From Asterionella formosa (Eukaryota), in the NCBI GenBank assembly GCA_002256025.1, contig NKIB01012347.1, positions 62,001 through 82,151 of the forward strand: a stretch of 20,151 nt of DNA. The letters are read 5' to 3'. The position numbers were made by a program, and so were the translations under genes. Below are positions 10,911 to 20,151 of the stretch, piece after piece; position 1 is the stretch's first letter, and every line of letters begins with the position of its first letter. The notes under the pieces are model-generated. The model was not told where the DNA came from. It ran no database searches and worked only from the letters and a program-made list of their open reading frames with translations.

Positions 10911-11353
10911 TAACAGGTATAAACCGGTGTTCTTCTTTATTTACACTAGAGCGAGTCTACCAGTATACTGGTACAACAATCAAACTCCTGTCATAAATCC
11001 AATCCATTACACACTTGCTGACCTAAAAGTTGCTGCATTTAAAACCCTAAGAAAAAAATTGCTTAGGTTTGCCAAAATTCCCTGGAATGAAGAATTTTAT
11101 TAGCTCTTTTTGAATGACGTGATTCCATTTGAAATATTTAAATCAGTGGAAATTTGCGCATGCGTACATAGACTACTTTTCAAATTCTCTCTATATATTT
11201 ATATATACATAAATAATCATTTTCCATCTCTCAATGTATAAATACTCTATAATGCGATCAACAAATATGTTTCAGAGAATCAAGCTGGCAGCATGGCAAA
11301 TATTGTTGATGAATACACGGGTAGTAAGAAACAAGAAAACACAATAATCAACC

Positions 11354-11777
11354 ATGAGCGAAATTACACATGATCATGACAACAAGGAGGATGAACCATT
11401 CAAATACAGTCATGATAACTATCCAACATGTCAAGACCGGTTGACTTTTGAAGCGGATGGGGAGGGATTTGAGAGTCTTATCTTCTGCAAATGCTGTGAT
11501 TTTGGTTGCCCTGAATATCAGTGCCAATGGGATGAAGTAGAAGATTTGGTGGAAAAGGTTTTGGAAGATGATTTCATTCTCGCAAGAATGAAGGATGAAG
11601 AGATTACAGCGTCAAGAGCCCGCAACCTTCTCTACAAGTTTTTCATCAGAGTTTACTTTGGACCATTGGGAAAAGGCGTTCGCATGGAACTTCCTGAGTG
11701 TTGTTTGAAGTGGGTTTGATCCCTATTAAAAAAAGGACCGAAACAAAGAGTACACTGGCTTCAAACCTGTTTCTAAA
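11354..11777 (+). pseudogene. KolX / P2X7 C-terminal 'ballast'-like Cys-rich protein, disrupted near its C-terminus
   Basis: 'CKCCDFGCPEYQCQW' followed by 'RARNLLYKFFIRVYFGPLGKGVRMELPECCLKWV*SL' fits R..Y..F....G.LGKG.R..(I/L)P.C....(I/V)R. A TGA at 11717 replaces the expected Arg. The terminal 'EYTGFK' motif (11748-11765) survives in a shifted frame after an A7 run. Confidence 0.75.
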
Positions 11778-12016
11778 ATTTCTAAATCTAGAAGTGATTT
11801 TATTATTTTATTATTTCATTCATTTTAATAGAATATTTTATTTCAATGCACCTAGTAAGTATGTTGTTTCAAACTCACCATCTAGTAGTGAGGTGGCATG
11901 TACTAGTCTTCTTGTTTTCTATATTATTTTGTTGATGTTGTGCTATAGTTTAATAATTTAACACATTTCTTAACACATCATTAATAGCAACAAACAACAT
12001 AGATAACAAAAGCAAC

Positions 12017-13365
12017 ATGCCGCGCTCCAGTGGTGGCCGTCTTTTCGCAGAATTTTGAAATGGTGGTCATGGATATTGGAACATAGTCAACAGCAAAAAT
12101 CAGAATTGGTGGTGCTGTCCTACAATCAAACAACCTCCTCCTGCAACAATCACATCCACCATTCAACCAGCTTTTGAGCAGAGAAGGAATCAAGTCATCG
12201 ATTATCCTTCATTGTCGACATTGCTGCAGGAAAATTTGTTTTGTAGAACACGTGTTAGTACATTTGTTGACGAAAATAGTAAACAAACTCTTCGTGCCTT
12301 TGTAACTTACCTAAAAATTAATAGTGCCTACCACATTACTACAATGGCAGAGAAATGTGATTCTTTCTTGGAACAGGCTGACAAAGGACAAGATTTCCAG
12401 TGGTGGAATAGTCTACCTGTTACAGAATGCATGTCTGTACTCAATATGTCGCGACTCACTTTTACTGATGATATGGGATGGCAGCAGTGATCCAGTGGGA
12501 ATAAGTACAACTCTGTAAGTGGACCTGCATTATGTATTGGTGGCTACACGAGAAAGATACTAGACTATCGAGTAAAATCAAAGCTCTGTAATGTGTGCAA
12601 CAGGGCTATATGGTACAAGCAACCTATCAAACATCATGTTTGCTCCAAAAATCACATAACTGGAAGTTCGAAGGCAATGGAACCAGATGATGTGGGTGTG
12701 GAAAAGAATGATGGTTGATGCAATTAAAAAATACAATATTATCTACTCTACAATCATCTGCGATGATAATGCTACAGTTCGAGGTTCGAGCTGTCTCCAA
12801 ATGGTATTATAAGGAATTTTCAAATCTACAGTCTTACTTTCAATGGCCAAGAGCATTAAATGGTTAAAAAAACCTGACAAGGGATGCCTTCCACTACACT
12901 TTCCAGAACCAAGGTTTCTTTCCGATCCATCGCCCAGGATCTGCATCCTTCTCCGCCCTGCCTTCCTGAAATCCAATGGCCCAGTCTGTGTACTAGAGCG
13001 ACCTTCCAAAGCTGATTGTCTTCGACTAAAGATATATTATGGAGCATGGATTAGAAAAACCGGAACCTCACTTGAACCGAATTCACAGAGTCCTCCAAAG
13101 CATCAATCAACCACTTGTTTGGTTGCCACGAATACTGCTATGAGTCATGGTGTCCTGTAAAGTCTGGAAAAAATGTTAGAAACAGAAAATATCATGACAA
13201 GGAAAAGGAAACGAAATTATACGTGTAGTTAATGAAAAATGTGGCAACAAAAGTCTAAGGCGAAAAGCTTCTTCTATCCTTGTATCATCCCTTCGATACA
13301 CAGATGAATGAGGGAATGAACAACGCAGAGTCACAACGATGTCCAAAGAACAAAGTATTTGCAAT
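12017..13365 (+). pseudogene. DDE transposase pseudogene, Kolobok / 'Mutator-like transposase' type
   Basis: Manual translation across stops and frameshifts gives 'RNQVIDYPSLSTLLQENLFC', 'DMGWQQ*SSGNKYNSVSG..IGGYTRKILDYRVKSKLCNVC..HVCSKNHITGSSKAME', 'IICDDNATVR', 'KKPDKGCLPLHFPEPRFLSDPS', 'KADCLRLKIYYG', 'NHLFGCHEYCYESWC' and 'HPFDTQMNEGMNN..CPKNKVF'. Putative D/D/E residues lie at ~12470, ~12762 and ~13310. Confidence 0.85.
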
Positions 13366-13614
13366 CAAATTGTGTATGTGGAAGCGGGCACTTACAATAG
13401 AATTTGTTGCACAGGAAGGTCCAGTAATCAGCGAATTGCGCGCACTATATACTAAAAAGTCCACGTAGTGGTTTCAACCTACTTCATTGGAAGTCTGTCC
13501 GGCTCACCAATTCCGAAATGATGAAAATCTTAAATTATAGCAATTTATTTAGATTACCTGTAACCGTTACAAACTTTCAAACGGAAAAGCGCTGCCACCT
13601 TTCACCGCAGAATC

Positions 13615-13723
13615 GCTGACTACCATCTTCAACTTGCTGACTGCGGACTTCTTGTTGCTAACTGCTGACTTGATTTGCTGAAAATTTGAAATTTTCGCTG
13701 ACTGCTGACTTCGTTTGCTGACG
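13615..13723 (+). repeat. ~20 bp-period GCTGACT repeat block (probable transposon subterminal repeats)
   Basis: TTGCTGACTGCGGACTT, TTGCTAACTGCTGACTT, TTGCTGAAA, TCGCTGACTGCTGACTT and TTGCTGACG occur in succession. Confidence 0.75.
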
Positions 13724-14080
13724 TCAAACAAGACTTCAGGTTCATTTTGACAATAAAACGAGTAACGGCTTAACGTCTATGTAAAAGACTATTTAAAGAA
13801 TATCGGAGTAGCGCAAAATTTAGGGGTTCGACAATTTTTGGGGTGTACCCCTTCCTTTTTCTCGTACGTGAATCAATGAACAGAAAACGAGCAACCCTAA
13901 AAATTCCGGCTCATAACTGCCTACTATTCCGATGATGACATTTTGGCTCATAGTAATTCTGATTCCGAAATTTTGGCGACCATAGAAAAGGCCAAAATTG
14001 TCGAATTTTAGGACAACAATGGCTCAACGTTGGCTGGGTCTGAAGGCGATTTAGATGCATAGTAGGTAGCTTTCAAATAG

Positions 14081-14240
14081 CATCAGTATATAACTTCTGG
14101 AGAGAAACTACAGAAAGGAACTTCGGTTTCTTTTGCTATACCAAATAAACAGATTTCCATTAAATTTTTGAGTCTTTTTAGCATAGTTAAAAAACAGAAG
14201 TTCCTTTCTGCAGTTTCTGACCAGATGCTATATACTGACG
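14081..14240. repeat. Long imperfect inverted repeat (foldback / MITE-like)
   Basis: 14081-14130 vs the reverse complement of 14191-14240 matches at 42/50 positions. Weaker pairing extends inward and outward (TAGTAGG at 14060 / CCTACTA at 14267). Confidence 0.85.
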
Positions 14241-15288
14241 ATGTATCGAGTGGACCTAGCTACACGCCTACTACTTTGTCCAAAAACTGTATGAAAGCAT
14301 ATGGAAAGGGTGTGTATTGGTGAAAGCTCCATTGAGCCTTGGTATACATATTTAATTTGTACGTGAAAAGGACGTGTTTGATTAGTCTTACTCAATATTT
14401 TTTTAAACTCTACCTCATGCTAGGGGTTCAAATGCAGCAACCTTAATCTGCACACTGAAACTCATAGTCCATTTCACCCTAGTACCACACAAAAGTATCA
14501 AAAATAGCGAGTCATTACCTATTAGGTTTTTTAACACCGAAAATTCCAAGCACTGAAAAGGAAGTGTAACTTTGTCTGTATCCTTGTACCAACATTCATC
14601 TGTAGTACTAGGACAAGAAAATATTCTCAACCATTTAGGCTTAGGTGCAGAATAACCTAGTAAAATGACCCTCAAGGGCATTTCATCTAACCGAAAACTT
14701 CCCACCTTGTGCATAAAACCATAAAACACATCATAGCTAAAATAGAAAATCCAAAAAACCAAACAACAACAATCAACCACTAGTAGCTTTAGCAGCTTTG
14801 CCTAGTACTCCCGCTCTTACTCAACTTGAGTATGGGATATACAGGAAATTTAGCTGGTGCTAGTAGGAGAAGCTTTGTGAAATGCATGGACGACCTTTTC
14901 TGGAGTATTAATGCAGTGTTAACCTTCCTTTGGTTTCTGAGCTTACTTTCTAAGTCAGCACTGCTCAAACCGGTGATCCATTGTGTTCAAGGTTGCTTTC
15001 GATATCAGCTGTTTTGGCAAAACAATGTGTTCTTATTCTTTTCAACTGCCGGGGTTTATAAGTGTGTGTGGGTATGCAAATGGGGTTGCTCCCTTGATTC
15101 CATCCCAGGCAACAGTATTATGATCTGTACTCCCTACCGGTATTGCAAAGTAAAGCATACTAAACAGTAGGTCTTTGATGGTGATAATGTTGAGAATATT
15201 TAACCCAAACTATCTAGAAAGCGTAAGACTAAATACAAAGAAGAGGGGAGGTTGTATAGTATAGAGACGGAATAGTTTTCTAAATTAA

Positions 15289-15706
15289 CAGGTACCTTCC
15301 ATGTGCTCATATATACATGCCGGTTAGTACTCTAGACTACCGGTACAGAATGAGGAGACAATACATAAAAGAAAACGGGTGTCTCTAGGGTCAGAAGAAA
15401 GTGATACCGGTAGTCTACTAGTTTTAGACTTGGCTTTTCTTGTACATATGTACCACACCCCGAGAACGTAAAGCAAGCAAACTACCGGGATATATATACC
15501 TGAGGTTTTGATGCATTCGTATCATGTCTACCGGTATGTATAGATTATCCCAGGCAGGTACCTGGTACAGAAATACCAGTCGTTCGATTATAAGGTAAAC
15601 ATACATATCTGTATATGCGTAGGATATAAATAGAAAAGCTTCTGCAGGTATGGATACCAACCTATAGCTGATACTTTCTACCATATCTTATGTAGCCATG
15701 TACCGG
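15289..15706. repeat. Dispersed degenerate GGTACC/ACCGGT units upstream of the sulfotransferase
   Basis: CAGGTACCTGGTAC at 15555-15568 and CAGGTACC at ~15289, plus several TACCGGT copies (~15338, 15405, 15529, 15702). Confidence 0.6.
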
Positions 15707-15940
15707 TTTTATTAAGAATCTCTGGACCACCGGCCTGTTATTATCAAATGCAAGTCAGAAAAAGGATGGCGTTGGTATGATTTCCTGCATCGAAAACCCC
15801 ATCATTACTCTTCCAGAACTCTCATTAATTTACTGAGGCACCACCTGGAAGATTGTATCGATTTGAGAAGCAGCCATACCACAACTGATCCCTTGTTCCA
15901 CAAATTCGTTGCAACACACAGAGTGGATTGGTAACCACTA

Positions 15941-17236
15941 ATGATCATGTCGTCGAAACCAAGTGTTACGTCGGCTCAAAAGCGGAAGAAATTCTCGATA
16001 GCAAGAGTGATTTATATTCTCGTCGGCACCGCGTGTCTCCTTGGAATGACGGCAGGCTTTTTTCTATCGAAATTGGCGCAAGGGGAAGCAGACGAATTCT
16101 TGCAAGATAACTTGCGCCTTAGCGCTGGAATCACCAATGCCCTGATAAGTGCGACCACAGGAGTTGCGACTGCCGACAAGCCGACTGAACGGGCTCCTGG
16201 ACAACCACTCTTTGACATGGGAGATTACACTGGCTACGCGCGAGCTTACGAATCGTGGCCTAAAGGTCGACCTTTTCCCTGTTTTCCAGCCGACGGAAAC
16301 TTGAGTAGGCCCAAAGGATACTTGATGCTCACCACACCAGTGGCTGACGGTTGCGGACTATTTTTTCATCGACCCCTTAAGACTGGTTCAACTACTGTAG
16401 CTGGCACAGTCATGCGGATAGCGCATCGAAAGGCTCACCTCATGCAAGGAGAAAATAAAACATTAGCTTGCAAACATAGGGCGAACCATGGCGCTGCTTT
16501 TAAAGTCTTGAAATTTCATAACCGGGTCAAGCAAAAATCTTTCCTCTTCTCCATCATTCGCGATCCTACAAAGCGTGCCATTAGTCAATTCTTCCACTTC
16601 AGCGTCTCGGTCCATCTAAAAGATCCAACTGATCGTATTTTTCAACAGGAATTGTCGGCTCCTTTCTTCAACAACTATTACATTCGAGACCTCGCCTTGC
16701 GGCAAACTCCAACTCCCGCCAAATACGAACAGACAGTCAAGGAAATCATTGACGGCTACAATTTTATTGCGATCACTGAGCGGTTAGACGAGTCTCTTGT
16801 GGTATTCAAAATGCTTTTGCATCTTGAATTGGAGGACATTCTGTACGTTAGAGAGAGATCACAAGGTAGTTTCTCAAATGGACCTCCTTTGACGAGACCG
16901 TGCTTGTATGTCTGGCCCTCCTTTGTCACAAAGGGCATGAAGGCGTTCTTTGCGTCCAAGAAATGGGAAAATCAAGTGAAAGGAGACTATATGCTGTATG
17001 AAGCTGCGAAAAAGAGCCTGGACTTGACCATTGAACGACTAGGTCGAGTGCGCTTTGAGGGAGAATTGGCTAGGTTCAAAGCTGCTCTGAAGACTGCTCA
17101 AGAGGTTTGTGGTCCTCGAGCGGTGTCCATGTGCAAAGAAGATGGATCCCCAGCTAAAAATACTACCTGCTACATCTGGGGTGAAGGATGCAGTCATGCG
17201 TGCCTTGACGAAATAAAGGTTCCACCAGAGTTATAG
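15941..17236 (+). CDS. Type II membrane (Golgi-type) sulfotransferase, galactose-3-O-sulfotransferase-like, 431 aa
   Basis: Basic cytosolic tail plus one TM helix (VIYILVGTACLLGMTAGFFL). 5'-PSB-like 'FFHRPLKTGSTT', 3'-PB-like 'FSIIRDPTKRAISQFFHF', and 'YNFIAITERLDESLVVFKMLL'. Confidence 0.85.
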   Translation: MIMSSKPSVTSAQKRKKFSIARVIYILVGTACLLGMTAGFFLSKLAQGEADEFLQDNLRLSAGITNALISATTGVATADKPTERAPGQPLFDMGDYTGYARAYESWPKGRPFPCFPADGNLSRPKGYLMLTTPVADGCGLFFHRPLKTGSTTVAGTVMRIAHRKAHLMQGENKTLACKHRANHGAAFKVLKFHNRVKQKSFLFSIIRDPTKRAISQFFHFSVSVHLKDPTDRIFQQELSAPFFNNYYIRDLALRQTPTPAKYEQTVKEIIDGYNFIAITERLDESLVVFKMLLHLELEDILYVRERSQGSFSNGPPLTRPCLYVWPSFVTKGMKAFFASKKWENQVKGDYMLYEAAKKSLDLTIERLGRVRFEGELARFKAALKTAQEVCGPRAVSMCKEDGSPAKNTTCYIWGEGCSHACLDEIKVPPEL

Positions 17237-17353
17237 CTACAGATTGAGACAAAACACAAGCTCCCCGATGGCGTTAACAAAAGTAGTACCTGACATAAAA
17301 AGAAAGGAAATATCTTTATTTCTCCACTATAATTTATTCGTCTTCCCTCCCGA

Positions 17354-18880
17354 TCATGATGAAGGCCACAACACGTTTGGTGCGTTGTCAGCAGTTTCTG
17401 GCCTTAGAGCAAGCTTAAACTCTGTCTTATATCGTCGGAGAAACCGGGCCACACCCCCGCCAAAAATGAGATTGTGAGTCTCAAGAGCTTTTGCAGCATG
17501 AGTATGAGCTCTCGCCATGTCGCCAGAATGCAGAGCGCATAGCGCTGCCTGTACTCTCATCACAACTGACGCTTCGTCGTTGGGAGGCAATGAACGTTCT
17601 GTAAAGGAAACGCATTCTTCCCAGACTGGGAGAGCCTGTGTCGATCTACCTAGAGCATCAAGCGTAACGGCATGGATGATACGAAGGTTCTGAACGTCGC
17701 ACTGAAACCACCCCAGAGAATCACCATCATCATCCATCGCTCCTACCGTATTTTTTCCAGTCGCTTGGGCCATCAGTTGCTCCAGATCCTCCAATCGTTG
17801 TATAGGATGTACCGCCATAAGCTCATTTTGAATTTCGTCGTCTATCACTGGAAGGTCGAGAATATCATAATCTGTACTGTCTCCTTCGGACTCCCCAAAG
17901 TCTCTACCTAGCATCATGGTTCGACGATTGGCCGGCTCGCAAAGGACATCATGCTCTAAATAACTAATGCAAAGCTCAACGCCTTCTGAAATTTCCTGAT
18001 TTGCGACAAACCACATAATGTCACCAACAGCATATCGGGAAACGTTTGGTTTACTGTCATGATTGAAAAAAGAAGCGTTATGAAAAATGCCCATCCCCGA
18101 CATTCGCGCATGACCAGCAAGTCCAGGGTGCACCAGTAATTCGGGACAGGTTTCAACGCTAAGAACATTATAGCGAATAATAAGGGGCAGGCGAAGGTTC
18201 AAATCCTTAATATATTCTGGCAGGAGCGATGTGTCCGTGGCAAGCGCTTGTATCGAATGTTCCACTTGAATAAATACTTCATCGTCACTGCAAACCCACG
18301 CCGGCAGTTTGCAAATCGTGTCGGCATCACGAGGGAAGAGCTGCGAGAGCTGGTCTGTCCACAATGAATCGTTCTGCTGGATCATCGAAAGCAGTTCAAG
18401 CAGCATGATTTCGCTGAGCTTAGAGTCCTCGCATGTTTTCTCGTCGACTGGATCAGTCACTTTGAGTGAACTACTGCTCGTTTCCATAAACTCGCCATCA
18501 TCGTCCGCGATTTCTAGTCCCGTTTCTCCGTCGGTCTCGTCAGACTTGGGTTCATCGCCATCGTTAATATCTGCAGCGCCGACGGACTCATAGTCAGTTG
18601 TTTCAGATTGTGGAGCGCCGCTATTGTGCACCTCGGAATCGTCTGCGAGAGGCTCGAGCCAATCCATGACCATCGATATTGGTTTTTCTACCAAAAGAAC
18701 TGTTCCAGCTGGAATACAAGACTTGGCAAACCATCCCCTTCCCTTGAGACCCTCTCGCTGCTCCATAATCCTCTCCGGAGCGGCTGGATCATAATCCGAG
18801 GGCAGGGGGAAGTCAGGTCGAGGAGGCTCATCAGGATACCTGGCAATCCAATCGTCTGCCGCGTCCAACAAAGCTTCCAT
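17354..18880 (-). CDS. SET-domain protein (split SET, SMYD-like) with helical/TPR-like C-terminus, 508 aa
   Basis: SET-N 'KGRGWFAKSCIPAGTVLLVEKP' and SET-C 'GIFHNASFFNHDSKPN...ISEGVELCISYL' are separated by an acidic insert. The C-terminus has Ala-rich helices ('DALGRSTQALPVWEEC', 'GDMARAHTHAAKAL'). Confidence 0.85.
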   Translation of the reverse strand: MEALLDAADDWIARYPDEPPRPDFPLPSDYDPAAPERIMEQREGLKGRGWFAKSCIPAGTVLLVEKPISMVMDWLEPLADDSEVHNSGAPQSETTDYESVGAADINDGDEPKSDETDGETGLEIADDDGEFMETSSSSLKVTDPVDEKTCEDSKLSEIMLLELLSMIQQNDSLWTDQLSQLFPRDADTICKLPAWVCSDDEVFIQVEHSIQALATDTSLLPEYIKDLNLRLPLIIRYNVLSVETCPELLVHPGLAGHARMSGMGIFHNASFFNHDSKPNVSRYAVGDIMWFVANQEISEGVELCISYLEHDVLCEPANRRTMMLGRDFGESEGDSTDYDILDLPVIDDEIQNELMAVHPIQRLEDLEQLMAQATGKNTVGAMDDDGDSLGWFQCDVQNLRIIHAVTLDALGRSTQALPVWEECVSFTERSLPPNDEASVVMRVQAALCALHSGDMARAHTHAAKALETHNLIFGGGVARFLRRYKTEFKLALRPETADNAPNVLWPSS

Positions 18881-18895
18881 ATCCTTGAACTAAGG

Positions 18896-18911
18896 GGTAC
18901 CAAGGTACCAG
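18896..18911. repeat. Two GGTACCA units immediately upstream of the SET gene ATG
   Basis: GGTACCAAGGTACCAG lies 16-31 bp 5' of ATG18880 on the minus strand. Confidence 0.6.
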
Positions 18912-20151
18912 TTATACTCCAATTTTTCCTTCCCAAGATATTTACAAGCACAATAACGGTATATAAGTACCTTGCACCGATGAGGATGACAACAAAGATG
19001 AGCACTCTCAAAGCAAGAGGGAATAACAAGGGCATGCAGGGCATCGATGATGACGACGACAAATAATCAGCCATGTTTGGGATCCGTCCTGATGCGTGTT
19101 GCTGGTGGTACGTAGTTAACTTGCTCGATTGCGAGACGACCAATTCGAACCAACTGTACTACAGGTGTACGAACATACTTTTGTAAGTCGACCGAATGTC
19201 CGGAGTCGTGATCGAGCATTGCTGGAGCAATAGCTCAGGTCGGCTTCTAAAGCCGAAGACGCCAGTCGAAATTATGCACATCCAGTGCCCACTTTCTTGT
19301 CATACGCTCGCGATTTTATGGTTACCAGGTCGCAATGATCCCATTGCGGTCCTGACGTTTCTTTGTGGTTCCTCAAACTCGTTTCTTTCTTTTGGCTTTC
19401 TAAACTACACTCCCCTAGTGTATGAAGGCTTCCAAGTCCAAGGAAACACGCAAAACAACAGGGACAATGACATGGTGGAAAAAACCCAAAAAAGCGACCA
19501 CGTGACAAAATGACTCAAGGAAGATACTGCAGGGAGAACCCACCCAGCAATCAACCAATAAATGTGCATCAAACAAGCACATAACAACTACAACTACAAT
19601 AGCAGACCCCAAGGAATAAGTGCAAACAGCACCAACTTTCCAGTCAATGCAACAAAAACCAACAGTCGGAAGTACAACAACAAACCAATGACCACTCTTG
19701 GTTTTACTTTCAACCCAACTGATGTGGCTTAACCCCATCAAAAACTACATGAGACCATGCCACCATGGACTCAATGAAATCGACACCAATGTCTTTCCTT
19801 GTATATTGTTCACGCAACAATCAAACATATTACGAAAGTCCAACAAACCAAAACCAACAACAATTGTTGTTTTCACTTTCAATCACAAACCTGCGGCCAA
19901 CACCAGTGGCCACACACACAATCGGAGCAGCCAACATGCACTCACTCCAATCTGAATGCCTGCCATGCTATACAACTGATTAGTTTTCAAAACACAACAA
20001 CCAACCAACAGCAAACAATCGAACAAAAATGTTTTGCTATCAATACACCGTTTTTTCTCCAAAACCGGAGGGAGGAACCTATTTACAGATCAGATAGTAC
20101 GATCTACATCACACATATGGGCATGCACAAATGCCACTCAACCTAGCTTGG

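Larger units (their letters stand above)
11040..13852 (+). mobile_element. Decayed Kolobok-type DNA transposon (KolX-like ORF + DDE transposase pseudogene); boundaries approximate
   Basis: Two diagnostic coding remnants co-occur (see the pseudogene features). A subterminal GCTGACT repeat block lies at 13615-13723. A possible right terminus is GGGGTGTACCCC(T) at 13840-13852. The left terminus and TTAA TSD are not clearly recognisable. Confidence 0.65.

Noticed and set aside
11042..11050. Telomere-like AACCCTAA (also at ~13894)
   Set aside because: Isolated single units, not tandem arrays.
14415..15170. ORFs 14415..14780 (-) and 14826..15170 (+)
   Set aside because: Non-ATG starts, atypical composition and no motifs. 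Probably TE-derived non-coding sequence.
19440..20151. C/A-skewed tract with several ORFs, and loose resemblance to the reverse complement of 9700-9970
   Set aside because: The similarity appears to be only compositional (CAA-rich). No alignable block or protein motif was found.

Overview
Compact eukaryotic DNA, most likely a diatom/stramenopile. This is inferred from short 70-105 bp GT-AG introns, gene content and an ER-retention signal. Six intact genes: a ThrE/Prm10-family exporter (+), a histidine-phosphatase/PGM-family protein (-, 1 intron), a signal-peptide STI1/DP-repeat protein (-, 2 introns) head-to-head with an ERdj3/DNAJB11-like DnaJ ending in HDEL (+, 1 intron), a Gal3ST-like type II membrane sulfotransferase (+) and a SMYD-like SET protein (-). 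A roughly 6.5 kb gene-free island (~8.6-15.2 kb) holds decayed mobile DNA: a 1.9 kb TIR-bounded element, a 96 bp TA-flanked hairpin MITE, a foldback palindrome, a cryptic ~16 bp-period CGAG array, and a fossil Kolobok-type transposon. The fossil carries a P2X7-ballast/KolX-like ORF and a broken DDE transposase. The most striking non-genic pattern is a palindromic (GGTACCW)n repeat family with the core TACCTGGTACCAGGTA. It occurs 5' of every gene and is absent from the short convergent 3' gaps. All family assignments come from motif recognition by eye, not from database searches.
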